Shown here: positions 59,221-64,000 of the stretch, one piece after another
Layout: each line of letters begins with the position of its first letter
How positions within the stretch are numbered: position 1 is the stretch's first letter
From: a virus
IMG/VR virus record: IMGVR_UViG_3300025849_000009
Direction: 5' to 3' (one strand)
Length of the DNA: 64,000 nucleotides
Position numbers and translations under genes: made by a program
Notes under the pieces: model-generated
Seen by the model: only the letters and a program-made list of their open reading frames with translations
Told to the model about the DNA's origin: nothing
The model's database searches: none

Positions 59221-59907
59221 TTATGCCTTAGACCTTTTTTTTACTGTTTTGAGTTTCGCCTTTAGGGCTAATTGGTTTTTTTGAACAGCTATTTTCATGC
59301 CATCAACAGAAGTTTGTTGCATTTTTGATTTTAATAATGCAGTTTCTATTTTATCAGCAGGTTCTTTTGATTTATCTTTAGATTTTTTATTTATCAGTTC
59401 AACAAAATCTTTGTTCTTCTTAGATAAACCTTTTTGTTTTTTAGTAAGATCTTTTATTTTTTGTTTATCGCTTTTTGGTTTACTCTTCTTTTTCTCTAGA
59501 ATAAATTTATCTAAAGATAAAACGTTAACCATTTCTTCAACTTTACCCATCTTTTTTGATAGTTCCATTGCCCAATCAACTCCTTCGTCTCCGCCCCATA
59601 TTAACCAAGAAACATAACCTTTATCTTTCCATGGAGTTTCTTTTAATTCGGGCTTAATAGATGAATTTTTTCTATGTCTATTAAATGAAGCCATACGCTT
59701 TACTGTATCACCAGATATGTTTTCACCTTTAGCTAATTGATGTGCTCTTGCCCAACCAACTGCAGTTCCAGCATCCACTTCTTCACGACCATGTTTTTCT
59801 TTCCAATCGATAGCCATTTGAGCATTTTTCTTTGCTGCTTCTGGATAATCGTTGTAAGTATCATCATCTCTGACTTCAGATTCTAAAAACAATTTAATAT
59901 ACTTCAT
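59221..59907 (-). CDS. Conserved-looking phage protein with capsid-targeting-like N-terminus and Lys-rich tail
   Basis: MKYIKLFLESE; YNDYP...GTAVGWARAHQLA...TVKRMASF..RH...GYVSWLIWGG; second motif VLSLDKFILE before the basic tail. Confidence 0.65.
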   Translation of the reverse strand: MKYIKLFLESEVRDDDTYNDYPEAAKKNAQMAIDWKEKHGREEVDAGTAVGWARAHQLAKGENISGDTVKRMASFNRHRKNSSIKPELKETPWKDKGYVSWLIWGGDEGVDWAMELSKKMGKVEEMVNVLSLDKFILEKKKSKPKSDKQKIKDLTKKQKGLSKKNKDFVELINKKSKDKSKEPADKIETALLKSKMQQTSVDGMKIAVQKNQLALKAKLKTVKKRSKA

Positions 59908-59910
59908 GTA

Positions 59911-62439
59911 TTATATATTGTTATTTCTATGTGATTGATCAAAGTGATTCTGTTCCTTTAGCTCTTTATCATGTCCTTCGTCTCTAACTTCTTTAGCAAC
60001 ATCTTTGTCAGCATCTCCCCAAGTTCCTTTACCTTTTGTTAAAAATGCATTTACTCGAGCGTATCCCCATTGTTGTTCAGTTGCACCCGGCCTATGACCA
60101 GTTTTCCATGCCGCCATTCCTCTTCTCATAATAATTCTAATAATTCCAATTGGTACACCGGTTTCTTCTGATTTTGTCTTAAGTGCTTTTTCAATTTTAG
60201 GATCACTGATTGGACCTCTATCACCTTCAACCTTTTCTAAAATATCACATTCTGCTAATTCTTCTTGAGCAAACTCATTATATTCTTTAGCCCACGCTTT
60301 CCATTTAGATGGTCTAGCATAATCAGATAAAATCATATCGATAGCATCTGGTTGAGAAATCTGAGAATTAATATCATTCCATACTTTATCTGCTAACCAT
60401 CTACCAGCTTTTGCGTTTAAATAAGATAGGGCTCCAGCGTCTGAGAATTTCCAACTCTTAGTTAGTATTCCCCACACATCGTTCCATATTTCTTCAATCT
60501 CATAAGAGTCCATATGAACATCTAAAGTTCCCCAAAATCCATACATTTGATTGATGTCATCTGTATTATATTGTAACTTTTTGCCGAATTTAAAATTAGG
60601 CACTCTACTTTCTGTAATTAAATCTTCATTTAATGTTTTTAATAAAGAATTAAAAAATCTAGGTGATAAAGACTCTACGAATCCTCTTTCTTCAGCATCG
60701 TTCTGTATCCACTCTTTGTCTTTAGAAGAAAGCTTTTCATAATCTTTATTAAATCTATGATGCGATATTAAATCATAGATATCTTCTAAATTATAATTAC
60801 CTTCATTGGCCTTTCTCATGTCGATCCAAACTCTAATAATATCTGCATAATCTTTGGCAGTTAATTTAGTTTTATTTCCATGAGTTGTTCTATCATTAAG
60901 ATCGAACATCTGCTTAGCAAACTTATCGATATTACCTGATTTAAAATATAACGTAGCTCTTTGTCTTCCATTATCTAATAATTCAAAAGTTTCTTCTTTT
61001 TCATCATGTGGATCTAATCTCCAACCAGCTGAATGATTAACTCTAATATCTAAACCACTAGAATTACTATCAACAACTACAGTCCAATGACCAGAAGACT
61101 GATATGTTTTTCCTTTAGCATACTTGATTTTCTCTTCGTTAACTAATGATTCATATACTAAATATCCATTAGATCTAGCAAAAACATTAGACTCATCGTT
61201 CCACTGTTCTTTAGTACTACTTATTGAAATTTGTATATAATTCTTTGCACCTAAATCTGGCTGTATAAGAAAAACTAAATCATCACTACCAACATAAAGA
61301 TCCCAATTTCTACCTGATTTTTGAGTTAGTAATAATTGAAAATTAGAATCTAATTCCTTTTTAAGTTCTCTTGTATTTGGAAAGCTTCCACGACCCGTAG
61401 AAAAACCATCTCTGTATTCTAGTTCATCTCCAAAAGAAAGTTGATCTACGAATTTTTGTAATCTTTCTTCTTCATCATTCTCAAAATAAAACTCATTAAC
61501 TACTGATTCAACACTAGTTGCTTCATTGGCAGATTCTAAAATAATAGAATTTAGTCTTACTTCTTTTTGAAATCTACCACTACGTACATCGTCAGTTACT
61601 TCTAACTTAACACCATACATTGCTGTTAATTTTACTTTTACTTTTTTACCATTATGTTCCGCTTCAAATTCTTTAAATGCATTTGCTTGTCGACCATAAT
61701 CTGTAATTTCATATTCTCCATCTTCTGTATCAAATATAGTACCTATGCTAAGTTTCCTAAGAATCTTTGCACCCATCATTGATATTTTAGAAGAAGATAT
61801 GGTTTTTCTTTCAGTAACTAATGATTCTAATATCTTTGAATTTTTATCTATTGAAAAAATAGTTTCTTTTTTTCTTATAATAGAAATTCCCTTGAATGTC
61901 GATTTGTTAAAATATTTGTTACTTCTGTTCTCATATCTTTTTAATGAAGAGTGATCTGCAAACACACCGCCTGGAATGTTGTATATGATAGTTCCCTTTG
62001 GTAACACTATATTTGTATAATTGCCAATTTGAACACCTTCAACATCTTTTTTTAATTCATATTTTCTATTATCTAAATTATATGTACCTCCACTCATAGT
62101 GCCTGAGTTTGGTCTAAATGTTGCTTCATCTAGCGACTCGTCTTTTTTATCACCATATAATTCATGATATTTCTTTACATGTTTAGATGTTTTAACTTCA
62201 CCCTTTTCTCTAGCTTCCTTATCACCTGGCATTTCTTTATATGCGCTGGAATCATCGTCAGCCATGTCTGATTGTTTTTTTATCTGATCTTTTTTATCTT
62301 CAATCTCATTATCGTCTAACCCTCTATGATATGGTTTTGGACCTGGTTTTGCTTCTGACAAATAATATGCGGTATACTCTTCTCTTGTCATGTTTAGTTT
62401 TGCAGCTTGCACTCCTAGGAAATCGTTAAAATTGCTCAT
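59911..62439 (-). CDS. Modular polyprotein-like internal head protein with DUF5824-like terminal domains
   Basis: Likely start MSNFNDFL at 62439; linkers ESLDE, ESLVTE, ESVVNE, ESLVNE, LNEDLITE; C-terminal RRGMAAWKTGHRPGATEQQWGYARVNAF. Confidence 0.65.
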   Translation of the reverse strand: MSNFNDFLGVQAAKLNMTREEYTAYYLSEAKPGPKPYHRGLDDNEIEDKKDQIKKQSDMADDDSSAYKEMPGDKEAREKGEVKTSKHVKKYHELYGDKKDESLDEATFRPNSGTMSGGTYNLDNRKYELKKDVEGVQIGNYTNIVLPKGTIIYNIPGGVFADHSSLKRYENRSNKYFNKSTFKGISIIRKKETIFSIDKNSKILESLVTERKTISSSKISMMGAKILRKLSIGTIFDTEDGEYEITDYGRQANAFKEFEAEHNGKKVKVKLTAMYGVKLEVTDDVRSGRFQKEVRLNSIILESANEATSVESVVNEFYFENDEEERLQKFVDQLSFGDELEYRDGFSTGRGSFPNTRELKKELDSNFQLLLTQKSGRNWDLYVGSDDLVFLIQPDLGAKNYIQISISSTKEQWNDESNVFARSNGYLVYESLVNEEKIKYAKGKTYQSSGHWTVVVDSNSSGLDIRVNHSAGWRLDPHDEKEETFELLDNGRQRATLYFKSGNIDKFAKQMFDLNDRTTHGNKTKLTAKDYADIIRVWIDMRKANEGNYNLEDIYDLISHHRFNKDYEKLSSKDKEWIQNDAEERGFVESLSPRFFNSLLKTLNEDLITESRVPNFKFGKKLQYNTDDINQMYGFWGTLDVHMDSYEIEEIWNDVWGILTKSWKFSDAGALSYLNAKAGRWLADKVWNDINSQISQPDAIDMILSDYARPSKWKAWAKEYNEFAQEELAECDILEKVEGDRGPISDPKIEKALKTKSEETGVPIGIIRIIMRRGMAAWKTGHRPGATEQQWGYARVNAFLTKGKGTWGDADKDVAKEVRDEGHDKELKEQNHFDQSHRNNNI

Positions 62440-62449
62440 GTTGTTTTTA

Positions 62450-62905
62450 TTATTTTGGTAATCTAACCATAGTATCTTTAGTTTGGCTCTTATCCGTATT
62501 CTTGACAAAATCAAAGTTTTTATAAAACTTATTTAATCTAGAAATAGAAGTTGCTCCAAAATCTTTAGAAGGTGTTAGATATATTTTTAAATTTTGTGTG
62601 TCAGCATAGTCAGTAATTCTTGACATAACCTTAGAACCGATCCCTTTATCACGATCCTCTTTTTTTACTTTTATTTTACTAAGTTGTAGGTACTTACCAT
62701 TATCATATAAATCTAATTCTATATTGAATTGATCTTCTAATTCTTGTAAGATGAATTGTTCTCCTAAAATAGGTGTATTATCATGATTACATTTATGACA
62801 AATAAACACATCGTGTCCACCCTCTTCTATTTCCCAAGACCAACCACAGTTATCACAAGATACTTTGTTTGCCGTAAACTCCTCGAATAGTTTTATATAT
62901 TTCAT
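62450..62905 (-). CDS. Zn-ribbon plus GNAT acetyltransferase, capsid-targeting-like N-terminus
   Basis: MKYIKLFEEF; CDNC...CHKC; acetyl-CoA motif RDKGIGS; FYKNFDF. Confidence 0.8.
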   Translation of the reverse strand: MKYIKLFEEFTANKVSCDNCGWSWEIEEGGHDVFICHKCNHDNTPILGEQFILQELEDQFNIELDLYDNGKYLQLSKIKVKKEDRDKGIGSKVMSRITDYADTQNLKIYLTPSKDFGATSISRLNKFYKNFDFVKNTDKSQTKDTMVRLPK

Positions 62906-62906
62906 A

Positions 62907-63605
62907 TTAAAATTTCGGTATACCTCCTATTTTTGCTGCTCTTCGTCTCCAGAGATCTAATACTTGTTCTCTTTCTTCGTCATTAATAACACCTTGTTCC
63001 TGTTGTGTATCTAAATATCTACCAACAGTATCGCTCATGTTTTCCTTTCTCTTCTTAGCTTCATATCTTAATCCTTGTAAATTAGCATCCACTTCTTTAG
63101 GTAGCATTAGATACTGAGATTTTGGTAAAAGTCCCATTTTTATATAGGCTCTTAGTTCACTATCATCTTCATTAGGTTTACCTTTTCTATAATTTCCGGT
63201 GTCAATTCCGTCTTGTGTAATATGTTCCATTTCATGACGAACTACATCTGCTAAATGAAAATATACCATTGACCATTCTCCTGGAATCCACTCAGGATTT
63301 AAAGCAAAGTCTATAATAATATAAGGTGTTTGAAAGTCACCGTGATCATCATCGTCTCTACCATCTGCACCTGTTGAATCTAATACTTGAAATCCTTCAT
63401 ATTTTTTATCAATATGAATAGTAGCCTCAATATCAAATTCTAAACCTCTCTCTTCAATTTGGTCTCCATAATTTATAGTAGCGTTCCCGCCTTTATATGA
63501 TTTAACCCATTTATTGAATATAGCTTTAGTTAATTTGGAAGCTAATCCATCATATGCAGATCTTCCTTCACCAATAAAACTTTCATATGTTCTAATATGT
63601 TTCAT
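62907..63605 (-). CDS. Putative zincin metallopeptidase, capsid-targeting-like N-terminus
   Basis: MKHIRTYESFIGE; HEMEH plus downstream EVDA third-ligand motif. Confidence 0.7.
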   Translation of the reverse strand: MKHIRTYESFIGEGRSAYDGLASKLTKAIFNKWVKSYKGGNATINYGDQIEERGLEFDIEATIHIDKKYEGFQVLDSTGADGRDDDDHGDFQTPYIIIDFALNPEWIPGEWSMVYFHLADVVRHEMEHITQDGIDTGNYRKGKPNEDDSELRAYIKMGLLPKSQYLMLPKEVDANLQGLRYEAKKRKENMSDTVGRYLDTQQEQGVINDEEREQVLDLWRRRAAKIGGIPKF

Positions 63606-63609
63606 GTAT

Positions 63610-63617
63610 TATATATC
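63610..63617 (-). promoter_or_regulatory. Late-promoter motif GATATATA, 4 nt upstream of ATG
   Basis: GATATATAATAC-ATG, identical to the 14150 site. Confidence 0.7.
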
Positions 63618-63643
63618 ATTTAAATTTAACCGTACTTTAAAGC

Positions 63644-63675
63644 AAAAAAAATGAGGTTCGTTAGAACCTCATTTT
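63644..63675 (-). terminator. Intrinsic terminator
   Basis: AAAATGAGGTTC-GTTA-GAACCTCATTTT perfect 12-bp stem; U tract on the minus strand. Confidence 0.85.
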
Positions 63676-63695
63676 CATGGTTAGTTGAGACTTTA

Positions 63696-63941
63696 TTAAC
63701 CGTTTACTTGACCGGTTTTGCCTACTTGTGTGCCTTCGTCACTATCAACGAAAATTTGATCTAGAACTTCTAAATACCCATTTGCATCGGTTATTGTTCT
63801 TACCAATTTATCCATTTCTTCAATGACTTGTGGGTGTTCACCAATTCCCACTGCATTTTTAGAATACACTTCTAATGTTGCAATTGCCTCTAATCTCATA
63901 GCGACATACTTAGCTCTAAGAGCGTCTACTTTTAAACTCAT
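63696..63941 (-). CDS. Small helical hypothetical protein
   Basis: 81 aa, VGIGEHP motif seen in T4-like phage proteins. Confidence 0.7.
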   Translation of the reverse strand: MSLKVDALRAKYVAMRLEAIATLEVYSKNAVGIGEHPQVIEEMDKLVRTITDANGYLEVLDQIFVDSDEGTQVGKTGQVNG

Positions 63942-64000
63942 AATTTGTTGTTATTTAATTCTTTTAATTGATCAATGATTGTCTGTAATGCGCTAAATAC
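63938..64000 (-). CDS. 3' end of an upstream CDS (partial)
   Basis: Open frame ...VFSALQTIIDQLKELNNNKL* whose TGA overlaps the next ATG (ATGA). Confidence 0.45.
   Translation of the reverse strand, partial: VFSALQTIIDQLKELNNNKL

Noticed and set aside
1644-62429. All plus-strand ORFs in the track (60-153 aa)
   Set aside because: Each lies antisense to a longer, motif-bearing minus-strand gene and has the Ser/Leu/Ile/Phe-rich composition typical of shadow ORFs
62440-62514. N-terminal 25 aa of the 867-aa ORF
   Set aside because: Overlaps the GNAT gene; ATG at 62439 has an A-rich leader and a tag-like start
1-64000. Stop-codon reassignment as seen in some jumbo phages
   Set aside because: Long genes are intact in the standard code, and TAG/TGA end genes at tight junctions (e.g. 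3279, 57609, 12814)

Overview
This AT-rich window (roughly 30% GC by eye) comes from a large T4-like (jumbo) myophage. Essentially all genes lie on the minus strand in the standard genetic code. The host is probably Bacteroidota/Flavobacteria, judging from a Bacteroidota-style ribosomal protein S1 homologue, BACON and DUF5011-like domains, a Bacteroidota-like lipoprotein and the lack of Shine-Dalgarno sites. Contents: (i) a replication/recombination block (UvsW, UvsY, primase, gp32 SSB, RuvC-like resolvase); (ii) a ~38 kb tail/baseplate/neck block (gp6-, gp25-, gp13-, gp5-, gp27-, gp53- and gp48-like proteins plus fibres/adhesins, one with a C-terminal Hint domain), with an S1 homologue and an amidoligase inserted in it; (iii) a DinG helicase and dCMP deaminase operon; (iv) two clusters (1-8.5 kb and 58-63.6 kb, plus one gene at 14 kb) of proteins carrying a T4 capsid-targeting-like motif (MKxIKxFxxFVxE) and repeated [ILV]-x-E prohead-protease-like sites. 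The fourth group is the most interesting. Several members look like polyproteins of unrelated modules joined by ESVVTE-type linkers conserved at the DNA level. The inferred cargo includes a ligase-fold/HIGH-nucleotidyltransferase pair, a GNAT, a HExxH peptidase and an acidic-propeptide-masked amphipathic peptide. Two promoter classes were read from the sequence: GATAWATA (late; often only 4-5 nt before the ATG) and AAAC-N17-TATAAN. All family assignments come from motif recognition by eye, not database searches.
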